60,042 nt of DNA. Source: a virus (taxonomy: Duplodnaviria; Caudoviricetes). The notes under the pieces are model-generated. The model did not search any database and was not told the DNA's origin. It saw only the letters and a list, made by a program, of their open reading frames with translations. The first letter of the stretch is position 1. Each line of letters starts with the position of its first letter. Both the position numbers and the translations under genes were made by a program. Below, piece by piece: positions 34,905 to 44,336 of this stretch. The stretch covers positions 1 to 60,042 of IMG/VR virus record IMGVR_UViG_3300036715_002143, one strand, 5' to 3'.

Positions 34905-35362
34905 TGTTCGCTTCCCTGTTCATGCTCGCGATGTCGCTGACGCACGGCCACGCCTACGAGCGCGCCGTCGGCGCCGCGACCACCGTCTGCAACGTCGTCG
35001 CTACCGAAGACGCGTCGTGGGCGTTCCCCGCGCTCGCCGCCGAGGACCCGTGGGCCGCGCGCGCGAAGCTCGGGCGGCTGCTCATCACCTGGTCGTACTA
35101 CGAGTCGAGCTACATGCCTGGCGCGATCGGCGATTCGGGCCGCTCGTGCGGCATCATGCAGACCGCGCCGAGCCACACCGGCCAGACGTGCCGCGACCTG
35201 CTCACGGCGCACGCGAGCTACCGCGCCGCGCTCACGATCCTGCGCGGCCTCGTGCGCGACTGCGGGTCGCTCCCGCGCGCGCTCGGCGCGTACGCCGGCG
35301 GCCACTGCGGCGACGCGATGGACCTCGTCGAGCGGCGATGCGCTGCGGTCGGTGGGTGCTGA
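34904..35362 (+). CDS. Secreted lytic transglycosylase (SLT domain)
   Basis: Signal-like N-terminus; ESS, G.MQ and AY.GG motifs. Confidence 0.75.
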   Translation: MFASLFMLAMSLTHGHAYERAVGAATTVCNVVATEDASWAFPALAAEDPWAARAKLGRLLITWSYYESSYMPGAIGDSGRSCGIMQTAPSHTGQTCRDLLTAHASYRAALTILRGLVRDCGSLPRALGAYAGGHCGDAMDLVERRCAAVGGC

Positions 35363-35363
35363 G

Positions 35364-36323
35364 ATGGACTGGGTCCACGAGACCAGGCGGTTCCTCTACG
35401 TGCGCGAGGAGGGGGCCTTCGCCGCCCTCCCGGCCATCACGCGGGGCATCGGCGCGCTCGTGATCAAGGTCGTGGACGACGCCGGCGAGCTCGTTCTGAC
35501 CCCCGGCGAGACCCCCGGCGAGGCCGTCTGCCGCCTCTGCCGGGCCCACAAATCGGAGCGTGCGCAGGTGTCCAGAGCGGTCTCCGCGCTCGTCGAGGAC
35601 GGCTACCTAGTGGTCGCTGGCGATGTCGTTGCCATCCGAAACTACCCGGCCGCTCAGGGCGTCGAGCCCATGTCGGCGGACGAGCGCTCCGATCGCCGGA
35701 AGGCCGAAGCGCTGAAAAAAGCAGTGCAGCGCGCGAAGAAGAAGGCCGCTCAGGGGGCGGACGTTAAGGCGGATGTCCCCGCCAATGTCCCGGGGACACG
35801 TCCAGGGGACAAATCTGGGACATGTCCCGGGGGACAAATCCAGCCTCGCGGGTGCGCGCCCACGGACGCGCCTACGCGCGCGGGGGGATCCTTCCCTTCC
35901 GGTCCTTCCGTTCCTTCCGAAGAGCAGCAGCAGAGCGGCGGCGGCGCGGAGGGGTTGCCCTACGACGCAAAGCACGAGGCCGGGATCGCCCTACTCGTCG
36001 CCCAGCGAGACACCCTCGGCGGCCTCGACGACCGGGAGCTCCGGCCATGGGGCCGGGAGCTCGTCGAGGCGGTGCGCTTGCTGGTCCCGAGCGACGCGTC
36101 GCCCGCCGCGTACGTCGGCGCCGCGCTCGGCAAGCTGCGCGACCAGGTCTCGGCGAACCCCGCCATGCTGCCCGCTCGGCGCCTGACGTACCTGCGCACG
36201 ACCGCCACGGGCCTCGCCGCCGAGGACAAGCCACGCGGATGGCCGCTCGGGCGCGCCGCGCCGCTGGACGCCTCGGGTGCCACGGTGCCGAAGCTCCGCC
36301 TGACCGGATCGGAGCGGTACTAG
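35364..36323 (+). CDS. Replication initiator (lambda O-like organisation)
   Basis: wHTH-like N-terminus (L...GYL), basic helix, internal iterons; upstream of DnaB. Confidence 0.7.
   Translation: MDWVHETRRFLYVREEGAFAALPAITRGIGALVIKVVDDAGELVLTPGETPGEAVCRLCRAHKSERAQVSRAVSALVEDGYLVVAGDVVAIRNYPAAQGVEPMSADERSDRRKAEALKKAVQRAKKKAAQGADVKADVPANVPGTRPGDKSGTCPGGQIQPRGCAPTDAPTRAGGSFPSGPSVPSEEQQQSGGGAEGLPYDAKHEAGIALLVAQRDTLGGLDDRELRPWGRELVEAVRLLVPSDASPAAYVGAALGKLRDQVSANPAMLPARRLTYLRTTATGLAAEDKPRGWPLGRAAPLDASGATVPKLRLTGSERY
35773..35841. repeat. Iteron cluster, probable replication origin
   Basis: Seven TGTCCC/GGGACA hexamers in both orientations; GGGGACAAATC twice. Confidence 0.75.
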
Positions 36324-36616
36324 TGGCCGCCGTCGCGATCCTTCCGCCGCTCGCCGCGCACGTCGAGGCGATGCGCAAGGCCGTCGCCGCGCTGTCGCCG
36401 AGCGGCGCGCGCACCGTCGGGCACAATGCGCTCGCCCGCGCCGTCTACCTGGCGTTCTCGGGTCACCGTCCGCCGTTCACCGGCGCTCGGTTCGACGACG
36501 CCGACGCCGAGCTCTGGGGCGCCGCGTGGCTTTGGATCGTCCCCGGCACGCGCCTGCTCGAGCTCGATGCCGGCCTCCGCGGCACGTTCCTGACCGAGAT
36601 CGGCGGGCTGTCGTGA
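36323..36616 (+). CDS. Hypothetical protein
   Basis: Coupled between initiator and helicase. Confidence 0.55.
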   Translation: MAAVAILPPLAAHVEAMRKAVAALSPSGARTVGHNALARAVYLAFSGHRPPFTGARFDDADAELWGAAWLWIVPGTRLLELDAGLRGTFLTEIGGLS

Positions 36617-38088
36617 CCGGCATGCGCCGCGAGCGCGAGAAGGTTCGCGCCATCGACGTTGGCGATCGCACCCTTCCTGCCGACCATGCCGGCGAGCGCG
36701 AGCTCGTCGCGACGGCGTTCCACGACGCGAAGAACCGTCCCGAGCTGCTCGCGGCGATCCCGTCCGCCGACTTCGACCAGCCCGCGCTGCAGACGATCTG
36801 GGGCGCGATCGACCGGCTCGAGAGCGCGGGCAAGCCCGTCGACGTGGTGACGCTCGTCGCCGAGCTGCGCGACGTGATGCACGAGCTCGGCGACAACACC
36901 GCGAAGGGCTTCCCGTTCCTGAACGGGATCATCTCGCGCAATGCGGCGGCCCCGCGGCACGCGCTCGAGTGGGCGCGGCAGCTGCGCGAGGTCGCGCACC
37001 GCCGGCGGATCATCACGCAGGCGCAGCTCGTGATCGGCGAAGCGTTCACGCTGGCGCCCGATCGCGTCGACGGCTTCGCGGCGCGCGCGCTCGACCAGAT
37101 GGCCGAGGCGTGCATGGACAAGACGGCGACGGGCGGCCCCGCGACGCTCGGCGCGATCACCGAGGCCCGGCTCGTCGAGTTGCGCGACCAGTGGGCCGGC
37201 AAGCGCGACCCGTGGGGCATGCGGCTGCCGTACCCGATGCTGCACAAGATGACCCACGGCCTACGCCCGGGGCAGGTCGTCTTCGTCGGCGGCGACACCG
37301 GAAGCGGCAAGACGATCGTCGGGCTCGAGGTCGCGCTCGACCTCGCTGGCCGCGTCTACCACGGCGAAAAGATCGCGGTCGGCTACCTGTCGCTCGAGAT
37401 GCCGCGCGCGGACATCTGGAACCGCGCCGTGTGCGCGATGACGCTCGACCCGTACACGAAGCGACGCGGCGTCATCACCGCATCGGAGCTGCAGTCGGGT
37501 CCGAAGACGCAGCACGACGAGCTCGACCTCACGCGCTGCGGGTGGATCGAGCAGGCGTCGCGCGAGCTCGAGGAGGTCCCGCTCTTCATCGACGACTGCG
37601 GCCACGACATGTGCCGAGTGCGCGCGACCGTGCGCCGGATGCAGGGGCTCGCTCGCCAGCGCGGCGCGCGCCTGCGCCTGGTCGTCGTCGACCACTTCCA
37701 CCTGCTGAAGTTCGACGGGAAGGCCGAGCGTCGCGACATCGCGATCGCCGACGCGTGCGAGCAGATGAAGCGCCTCGCCGTCGACGACGAACTCGTGATG
37801 CTGCCGCTCGCGCAGTTCAACCGCGAAGCGTCGAAGCGCGCGCCTGACCAGCTGCCGACCGTGACCGACGTGAAGGACGGCAGCGCGATCGAGCAGATCG
37901 CCGACACGATGATCCTGATGCACCGACCGTGGCTGCTGCACCGGAACAAGACCAGCGCCGAGGCAAAGGACGTGAAGCACACCGTGCTCGCGGTGCTCGC
38001 GAAGAGCCGCGAGACCGGCTGGCTCGGGCACGTCTCGATGCGCTTCGGCGGCACTAACCGATTCGAAGAGCGCGACTCCGCCGACTGA
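36613..38088 (+). CDS. dnaB: DnaB-like replicative helicase
   Basis: GDTGSGKT, SLEM, VVDHFHL, LAQFNR, SAIEQIAD, K.R.G. Confidence 0.92.
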   Translation: MTGMRREREKVRAIDVGDRTLPADHAGERELVATAFHDAKNRPELLAAIPSADFDQPALQTIWGAIDRLESAGKPVDVVTLVAELRDVMHELGDNTAKGFPFLNGIISRNAAAPRHALEWARQLREVAHRRRIITQAQLVIGEAFTLAPDRVDGFAARALDQMAEACMDKTATGGPATLGAITEARLVELRDQWAGKRDPWGMRLPYPMLHKMTHGLRPGQVVFVGGDTGSGKTIVGLEVALDLAGRVYHGEKIAVGYLSLEMPRADIWNRAVCAMTLDPYTKRRGVITASELQSGPKTQHDELDLTRCGWIEQASRELEEVPLFIDDCGHDMCRVRATVRRMQGLARQRGARLRLVVVDHFHLLKFDGKAERRDIAIADACEQMKRLAVDDELVMLPLAQFNREASKRAPDQLPTVTDVKDGSAIEQIADTMILMHRPWLLHRNKTSAEAKDVKHTVLAVLAKSRETGWLGHVSMRFGGTNRFEERDSAD

Positions 38089-38134
38089 TTCGACCCGACC
38101 CCAACGCCACGACCACCACCGAGGAGAACCGACC

Positions 38135-38710
38135 ATGCGAACCGTGACCCGCACCCTGCTCTGCACGCTGACCGCCGAGGAGCACAACCGCGTGTACGCC
38201 GCGCACTGCGCGAAGCTGAAAGAGATCGAGCTCGTGCAGAACGAGAAGCGCGCGGCCGTGTCCACGCACAACGCGACGCTGAAGGAGCTGCGCGCCGAGG
38301 AGCGCCGGCTCTTCGCCGCGGCCGATGTCGGCGCCGAGGAGCGCGAGGTCGAGTGCCGCGAGGAGGACGCCGGCGACGGCACGATCCGCGTGTTCCGCAC
38401 CGATACCGGCGAGTGGCTCGAGGACCCGCGCCAGGGTGCCGAGCGCCAGCAGGAGCTCCCGCTCACGCGCCCCGGCCGCGCCTGCGAGGGCTGCGGCAAC
38501 GCCGACGGCACGCACCACCCATCGTGCTTCGTCGGCCAGGTGAACGGCGGCATCGTCGACCCGAGCGACGGCGACGACGACGGCGACGCGCCCGACTACA
38601 GCGAGGCCGCGGAGATCGCCGCCGAGCAGGTGGCCACGGGGAGCGCGCCGGAGCTCGGCGAGCCCGCGAAGAAGTCCCGCAAGCGCAAGGGCGCCGAGGC
38701 GAGCGCGTGA
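38135..38710 (+). CDS. Hypothetical protein
   Basis: GAGGAG RBS; coiled coil plus acidic tail. Confidence 0.7.
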   Translation: MRTVTRTLLCTLTAEEHNRVYAAHCAKLKEIELVQNEKRAAVSTHNATLKELRAEERRLFAAADVGAEEREVECREEDAGDGTIRVFRTDTGEWLEDPRQGAERQQELPLTRPGRACEGCGNADGTHHPSCFVGQVNGGIVDPSDGDDDGDAPDYSEAAEIAAEQVATGSAPELGEPAKKSRKRKGAEASA

Positions 38711-38907
38711 CCTCGCCGCTCGATGCCCTGCGCCGCCTCGGGCGCGCGCTGGTCGACTGCGACGCGAAGGGGCTCGCGAGCTTCCACGCGCGCATGTCGG
38801 CCGACCATGGGCCGCACGTCGACGCGCACGACGCTGCCGTCGCCGAGGTGAACGTTGCGCGGCGCGAAGTCGACGAGCTGGCCCGAGCGATCGCGGGGCA
38901 GCCGTGA
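38707..38907 (+). CDS. Hypothetical protein
   Basis: GTGA-coupled. Confidence 0.5.
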   Translation: MTSPLDALRRLGRALVDCDAKGLASFHARMSADHGPHVDAHDAAVAEVNVARREVDELARAIAGQP

Positions 38908-39221
38908 CCCGGAAGCTCCAGCTCCGCGCGGTGCCGCCGGCGCCGGTCGCCTCCGAGGCCAGCGCGGTCCGGTATGACATCGCCGACGGGCCGCTCGTGC
39001 TCGTGCACTCGGTGCCCGGCGCGACGAACGCCGACCGGCGCGCGATGGCGACGCGGCTCCAGGACATCGTAGGGACCGTGGTCGTGATGCCGGCGGGCTG
39101 GGGCTTCGAGGTCTTCGAGACCCCGGCGCCCGAATCGGTCGGGCCGCGGGCGTGCCCGTCGTGCGGCCAGCCCCGGCCGGTCGACGGCTGCCCGCTCTGC
39201 GAAGTCGGGGGCCGGCCGTGA
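38904..39221 (+). CDS. Hypothetical protein with C-terminal Zn ribbon
   Basis: CPSC...CPLC. Confidence 0.55.
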   Translation: MTRKLQLRAVPPAPVASEASAVRYDIADGPLVLVHSVPGATNADRRAMATRLQDIVGTVVVMPAGWGFEVFETPAPESVGPRACPSCGQPRPVDGCPLCEVGGRP

Positions 39222-40000
39222 CCGCCAGCGCGATCCTGTCGATCGGGACGCCCCTGCGGCCGACGTTGCCGGCCGCTCCTGCGCCGCTGAGCAGCGAGAA
39301 CGGGCGCGCCGTGGCGCGTCAGGCAAAGCCCGTGCAAACGGCCGTGAAACGGCCGCTAGGGGCATCGGCTCGGCGGGGCGGATCCGCCAAGCCGGTACCC
39401 CCTCCCCGCTTCGACCTCGTCCCCGCCTCCCGGATCCTCGGGCTCGTCGGGGACATCACCGAGGCGCCGGACGGCGACCCCCAGGCGTGGCTCTGGCGGA
39501 GCGACCCGCGCGCGCCGGCGCCGACGGTGATCGCGGTTGACGTCGGGGCCGACGCCGCGATCGCGCTGCTCTCCGACGCGCGCGCGGCCGTCCACGGCTT
39601 CCGATTCCCCCGCCTCGATGGCGGCACGATGCACGGCTTCCGCGACGTTGGGCGGTGGCTCCTCGAGCAGAAGCTCGGCGAGCGCGTGCTCGTCGTCGTC
39701 GAGGACGTCTTCCAGGCGCGCGGCCCGAAGGCGAACCCGTCGACCTCGGCGGGCCTCTCGCGGCGGGTCGGCGCACTGGTCTGGGGTCTCTCGAACCTCG
39801 GTCCGGTGTGCCGCGTGCTCGCAGTGCAGTGGCAGAGCGACATGATCGGGAAGGCGACGAGGAACGCCGGGAAGCAGCGCTCGCTCGACGTGGCGCGGGC
39901 GCGCTTCCCCGGCCTGGGTGTCGAGACGGATCACGAGGCCGACGCCGTCCTGCTCGGCCTGTGGGCTCGTGGCGGACGCATGCCGAAGGGGAGGTCGTGA
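39218..40000 (+). CDS. RuvC-like Holliday junction resolvase
   Basis: IAVDVG, VVVED, W...M.G, DHEADA.L.G. Confidence 0.8.
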   Translation: MTASAILSIGTPLRPTLPAAPAPLSSENGRAVARQAKPVQTAVKRPLGASARRGGSAKPVPPPRFDLVPASRILGLVGDITEAPDGDPQAWLWRSDPRAPAPTVIAVDVGADAAIALLSDARAAVHGFRFPRLDGGTMHGFRDVGRWLLEQKLGERVLVVVEDVFQARGPKANPSTSAGLSRRVGALVWGLSNLGPVCRVLAVQWQSDMIGKATRNAGKQRSLDVARARFPGLGVETDHEADAVLLGLWARGGRMPKGRS

Positions 40001-40734
40001 TGCGACAGGCAGAGGTGGAACGGTTCAAGGCGCTCGCGGCGAAGCTCGCTGCGGGCGAGGTCTTCGGCTCGGCGGCGGGGATCGGCGCCGCGCTGGACTG
40101 CAAGGGGAACATCGCGCAGCAGGCGGTCTCGGCCGCGAGGCGAGAGGGGCTGCTTGCGCACGAGCCCCGGCGCCTCGAGACGCTGCAGGTCACCGCGAAG
40201 GGGCGGAAGCTCGCAGGGCTCGGGACGCCGGATGTCGCGCCGGCGCCCGCGCGCTCCGTCGCCGAGGTGGCCGCACGCCACATCGAGGCGCCCGCGCACG
40301 TCGAGCGATGGACGGTCGCCGAGATGCGCGAGCTGCTCGACGCGCCGCGTACGCTCGTCCGGGCGGTGCGCCGCGCGCTCGCCACGCCGTGGGGGCCTGC
40401 GCTGCTCGAGACCATCGAGGCGATGGCCGAGGAGATTGCGCCGACGCCGCCGGTCCGCGTCGCGGTCACGAGCGCCGCGCGTGTCGCCCGGGCGAAGCCG
40501 CAGACCGCGCCCGTCGAGGACGAACCGGCGCCCATGCGCGCCCGCAAGATGGCCGGGCCGTTCCGTGTCGTCGACGCAGGGGGCGACGTTGTGCGCACGT
40601 GCCGCACGCTCTCGGCCGCGACGGCGGCGCTCAAGAGCGACGACGCCGACCACGTGCTCGATGCCGACGGCAACACCGTCGGGCGCGCGGGCGTCGATGA
40701 CGAGGACGACGAGGAAGGGAGCGACGACGAATGA
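40000..40734 (+). CDS. Hypothetical protein (N-terminal wHTH-like)
   Basis: GLL......LQVT.KG winged-helix pattern. Confidence 0.55.
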   Translation: MRQAEVERFKALAAKLAAGEVFGSAAGIGAALDCKGNIAQQAVSAARREGLLAHEPRRLETLQVTAKGRKLAGLGTPDVAPAPARSVAEVAARHIEAPAHVERWTVAEMRELLDAPRTLVRAVRRALATPWGPALLETIEAMAEEIAPTPPVRVAVTSAARVARAKPQTAPVEDEPAPMRARKMAGPFRVVDAGGDVVRTCRTLSAATAALKSDDADHVLDADGNTVGRAGVDDEDDEEGSDDE

Positions 40735-40943
40735 CCGACCGGATCAACGCCTACACCGTGGTGTTGGATCGCGACGTTCGCGAGGACGACGCCGAAGACA
40801 TCGCCACCGCGCTGCGCATGGTGCGCGGCGTCCTGTCGGTGACGCCCAACGTCGCGAAGCTCGGAGACTACATCGCGATCGAGCGGGCCAAGAACACGCT
40901 CCGCGAGCGCCTGTTCGCGGTCGTGGCGGAGAGCGACAAGTGA
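40731..40943 (+). CDS. Hypothetical protein
   Basis: ATGA-coupled, GGAG RBS. Confidence 0.65.
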   Translation: MTDRINAYTVVLDRDVREDDAEDIATALRMVRGVLSVTPNVAKLGDYIAIERAKNTLRERLFAVVAESDK

Positions 40944-41368
40944 CCCGCATCCGCATCCGCTGCCGCCCACCGGCTCCAACGAAGACCATCGGCGGCACGC
41001 TCGTCCGATTCGCCGACCTGCGCGACGTCGAGGTCTTCACGGTCGACCACAACGGCATCGAGACGTCGATCGGCGCGAACGTCGAGAGCGTGGCGTTCAC
41101 GATCGGCGGCAACGATCCGGCGCGCGCGACGCTGACGTTCCTGAACCCTGAGCTCGACGTCGAGGGACTCGTCGACGCCGCGCCCGGGCACGACTCGGAC
41201 GCCGAGCGGGCGCTGGCCGACGTCTGGGACGCGCGGCTGCTCACGGACTTCTCGCGCGAGCTGACCGCCGCCGACGTGCAGCGCATCCGCGACATGAACC
41301 CGGCCGAGCGCGCGATCCGCGTTGCGGCGGCGAACGCCGAGCGGGCCCGTGTGTGGAGCAGCGAATGA
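40940..41368 (+). CDS. Hypothetical protein
   Basis: GTGA-coupled. Confidence 0.55.
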   Translation: MTRIRIRCRPPAPTKTIGGTLVRFADLRDVEVFTVDHNGIETSIGANVESVAFTIGGNDPARATLTFLNPELDVEGLVDAAPGHDSDAERALADVWDARLLTDFSRELTAADVQRIRDMNPAERAIRVAAANAERARVWSSE

Positions 41369-41646
41369 GCTACCCGAACGCGACGATTCACCGCATGTAC
41401 CTGCAGGCGTACATGCACGCTCGCTCCGGCGCGCCGCTCTCCGACGCGTTCTCGGACTTCGATGTGAGCGAGTCGCCTCGCGAGTTCTCCGAGCGGATCG
41501 CGGCCTACGCGGTTGGTGCTGACGAGGGGAAGATCGGGAACGGCCCGCGCGGCATCGCCGATGTCGTCGGGCTCGTCGAGTGCCTGATCGGCCGCGAGGA
41601 TGGCGCCGAGGGCGACGGCAAGAAGCCGATCGGTTTCGAGCCATGA
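41365..41646 (+). CDS. Hypothetical protein
   Basis: ATGA-coupled. Confidence 0.55.
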   Translation: MSYPNATIHRMYLQAYMHARSGAPLSDAFSDFDVSESPREFSERIAAYAVGADEGKIGNGPRGIADVVGLVECLIGREDGAEGDGKKPIGFEP

Positions 41647-41972
41647 CCGCGCCTGCCCGCTGCGTCGTCTGCCGCCGGCCCTTGCACGATCGCGCGTCGA
41701 TCGCTGAGGGCGCGGGACCCGTCTGCGCGGTGCGGCGCGCGCAGGTTCCGCTCGAGCTCGACGCGGCGGCCGACGCTCCCGCGCCGAGCGAGCCGGCCAC
41801 CGACTACGCGGCGACCGACTTCGACGACTGGCCGTGGGTCCGCGCGTGCCGAGAGGACGCGGCGGCGCGCGGCGTCGCGTGCCGGCCGGGCTGCCCGGGA
41901 GAGACGTACGGCCGGTGCGCGCGGTGCGCCGGCGAGCAGGAGCGCGCAGCGCAGAAGGCGGCGAGAGCATGA
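41643..41972 (+). CDS. Zn-finger protein (DUF6011-like)
   Basis: C..C.RPL.D..SI..G.GP.C. Confidence 0.65.
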   Translation: MTAPARCVVCRRPLHDRASIAEGAGPVCAVRRAQVPLELDAAADAPAPSEPATDYAATDFDDWPWVRACREDAAARGVACRPGCPGETYGRCARCAGEQERAAQKAARA

Positions 41973-42406
41973 CCAGCGCGCGAGAAGCGGCGGCCGCGAG
42001 CGAGGCCGCCCGAGATCGATGCCGTCACGGCCTGCTGCTGTCGTCGGCGCACCGGCCGGCCGACGAGTGCCGCGAGTGCGTGACGGCCGACGTGTCCGTC
42101 CTGGCGTACCAGGCAGTGCGCCCGGGCCCGACGCTCGACGAGGTCGGCGCAATGTTCGGCGTCACCCGCGAGCGCGTCCGGCAGATCGAGGCGGTCGCGC
42201 TGCGCAAGCTCGGTCCCCGGCTCGCCGCCGCGCTGGGGATCACCGACGCCGATCGCGGCGAGATCCTGTCAGACGCCGAGCGGCGCGATCGCGTCGTCGC
42301 TCGGATGCGCCGCGACGGGATGACCAAGGACGAGATCACCGACGCGATCGGGAGCGATGAGCGCGCCCGCGCCGTGGGCAACGCCAGGGAGAGGAACGCC
42401 ACATGA
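41969..42406 (+). CDS. Sigma-70 region 4 HTH protein
   Basis: TLDEVG..FGVTRERVRQIE..ALRKL closely matches RpoD region 4.2. Confidence 0.85.
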   Translation: MTSAREAAAASEAARDRCRHGLLLSSAHRPADECRECVTADVSVLAYQAVRPGPTLDEVGAMFGVTRERVRQIEAVALRKLGPRLAAALGITDADRGEILSDAERRDRVVARMRRDGMTKDEITDAIGSDERARAVGNARERNAT

Positions 42407-43347
42407 GCCGCCGCGCCACGCTAGAGATCGTTGAAGCCCACGACGTGCCCGCCTCGCCGCTCGCCGAGTGGATGGCCGACGAGGACGCGCGCCTTGATGC
42501 CCGCGCGGACGAGCAGAGCGAAGCGCGCGCGCTCTTCGAGCAGGTCGGCGCCGCCGCCGAGGACGTCGACGCCTTCCTCGTCGAGGGCGTGCTCAAGCCG
42601 CTCGCGGCGTTCGGGAAGGGCCTGCTCAAGCCGAAGCCGAAGCGAGACCCCGACGTCAGGTGGCCGAACGAGGTCGCGGCGCTGCGTGCCTGGTGGCAAG
42701 TCCGCGACACGTCCAGGCGTTCGCCGACCGCGAGGCTCGCCGTGCATTGCGAGACGGGCGGCACGTTCACCGCGGCGTCCCGCCCCGCCGAGCCGCGCAT
42801 GGACGACGGCGTGATCCATGTCGCCCGCGCGCTCGCGAAGGTGAGCGCCGAAGCCCTCGCGTGGACCGTCTCGGCCTGCATCGAGCTGCGGCCCCCCCGC
42901 GCGCGCACTGAGGGCGGCGAGCTGCGCAACAGCCGTGGCAACGGCTTCGGCGGCGAGAGCGTGGGCAGCGCGCAGTCCATCGCCGCGACGGCGCGCGAGA
43001 CGGGCGACAACACGGAGACGTGGCAGCGGCTCGTCGCCGAAGCGCACGGCCTCGAGCAGGACGAGGCGACGCTCGAGCGCATCGACGCCGCCGTGAAGGG
43101 GGCGAAGCGCGCGCTCCGGGCGGCGCTCCGGGCGGTGGAGCTCGACACGCGGCCCCGCTGGCTCATCCCGCCGGCGACCAGGCGCGAGCTCGAGCGGGAC
43201 GTAGCGCCCGAGGTCGTCGCGACATGCACCGGCGCCGTCATCGTCGATGGCCTTCGCGGCGAGTGCGGGGAAGGCCAGGCGCTCGCGGCCGACGTCGCGG
43301 CGTCACCGCGGTGCGAGCGGTGCGGGAAGCCGTGGGGGGCGAGATGA
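42403..43347 (+). CDS. Hypothetical protein (C-terminal Zn ribbon)
   Basis: ATGA-coupled; C....C...CERC. Confidence 0.6.
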   Translation: MSRRATLEIVEAHDVPASPLAEWMADEDARLDARADEQSEARALFEQVGAAAEDVDAFLVEGVLKPLAAFGKGLLKPKPKRDPDVRWPNEVAALRAWWQVRDTSRRSPTARLAVHCETGGTFTAASRPAEPRMDDGVIHVARALAKVSAEALAWTVSACIELRPPRARTEGGELRNSRGNGFGGESVGSAQSIAATARETGDNTETWQRLVAEAHGLEQDEATLERIDAAVKGAKRALRAALRAVELDTRPRWLIPPATRRELERDVAPEVVATCTGAVIVDGLRGECGEGQALAADVAASPRCERCGKPWGAR

Positions 43348-43640
43348 AGATGCAGATGCGGAAGTCGAACCGCGCGGCTGTTCGACTGCTTTGCGAACTG
43401 TTCGAGCACGTGAAGGGCGATGTCGAAGAGGGCTGCCGAATTGTCGAGATCCACCTGTCTGCGAAGATGCTCCGAGCGAGCTTTGGCGCCCGTGCGCCGG
43501 AAACGATCGCCGGGATACCGATTCGACCAACGAGAGGCATGAGCGACGACACGGCGCTCATTGTCAGCCAACCAACGAGCAGCGGCATGTGGCGAGATCG
43601 CACAACGATCACTGCGCCGAAGGAGGATCTTGAGCAATGA
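43344..43640 (+). CDS. Hypothetical protein
   Basis: ATGA-coupled; visibly less GC-biased codons. Confidence 0.5.
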   Translation: MKMQMRKSNRAAVRLLCELFEHVKGDVEEGCRIVEIHLSAKMLRASFGARAPETIAGIPIRPTRGMSDDTALIVSQPTSSGMWRDRTTITAPKEDLEQ

Positions 43641-43900
43641 GCGATACCAGAGAGATCCCCGACTGCGATGCGGACCTGCGCGAGTTCGGCAGGCCGGTGT
43701 CAGAGACGTACAAGTCGAGACTGCGCGAGCGCGCAGATCGGGTTTTCGAGGTCGGAATTGAACTCGCGATCGACCGCCGGGCAAGGCGCGAAGCGGCGCA
43801 CGCCGCGATGGTGGATCGGTTCGTGACGCAGGTCTGCGTCAGAGGGCGCGAGCAGCTCCGCGCCAACGCCGCCGCGAAGGCGGGGGAGAAGAAGCGGTGA
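43637..43900 (+). CDS. Hypothetical protein
   Basis: GGAGG RBS, ATGA coupling. Confidence 0.55.
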   Translation: MSDTREIPDCDADLREFGRPVSETYKSRLRERADRVFEVGIELAIDRRARREAAHAAMVDRFVTQVCVRGREQLRANAAAKAGEKKR

Positions 43901-44034
43901 GGCGCTCTCTCCTGATGCGGCTCGTGCTGGCGCACCACGCCGACGAGTTCACCGCGATGTTCGGGTGGCGCAGGCGCACGATGGAGCGGTGGGACGCGTG
44001 GGCAGAGACGTTCGGGAGAAGGGTCGGGCTGTGA
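43897..44034 (+). CDS. Small hypothetical protein
   Basis: GTGA-coupled at both ends. Confidence 0.4.
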   Translation: MRRSLLMRLVLAHHADEFTAMFGWRRRTMERWDAWAETFGRRVGL

Positions 44035-44195
44035 GCCGACGCCAGATGCCCTACGACCCGCCTGCCGGGCACGTCTACGACCTCTCGGCGCGCATCGAAC
44101 CGCCGAGCGACCGGCGCGCGCGACGCGGCGGCAGGCACTACACGGCGCGTGAGCTGCGGCTGCGGGCCGAGCGTGCTACGTGGAAGAGACACTAG
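44031..44195 (+). CDS. Small basic hypothetical protein
   Basis: GTGA-coupled; last gene of the operon. Confidence 0.4.
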   Translation: MSRRQMPYDPPAGHVYDLSARIEPPSDRRARRGGRHYTARELRLRAERATWKRH

Positions 44196-44300
44196 CCTCG
44201 ACGGAGGCGGCGCGCCCTGGTTGCCGCGGGTCACCGCGAACGATTGGGGGTCTCGGTGGTGGCCCGAGCGTGTCGCCCTACAACGCGAGGCAGCCACCGT

Positions 44301-44336
44301 GAGCGGCTCGGACTTCGGTCCGGGCCGTTCGTCTTT
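44301..44336 (+). terminator. cUUCGg hairpin terminator at the end of the rightward early operon
   Basis: GAGCGGCTCGGAC-TTCG-GTCCGGGCCGTTC followed by GTCTTT. Confidence 0.7.
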
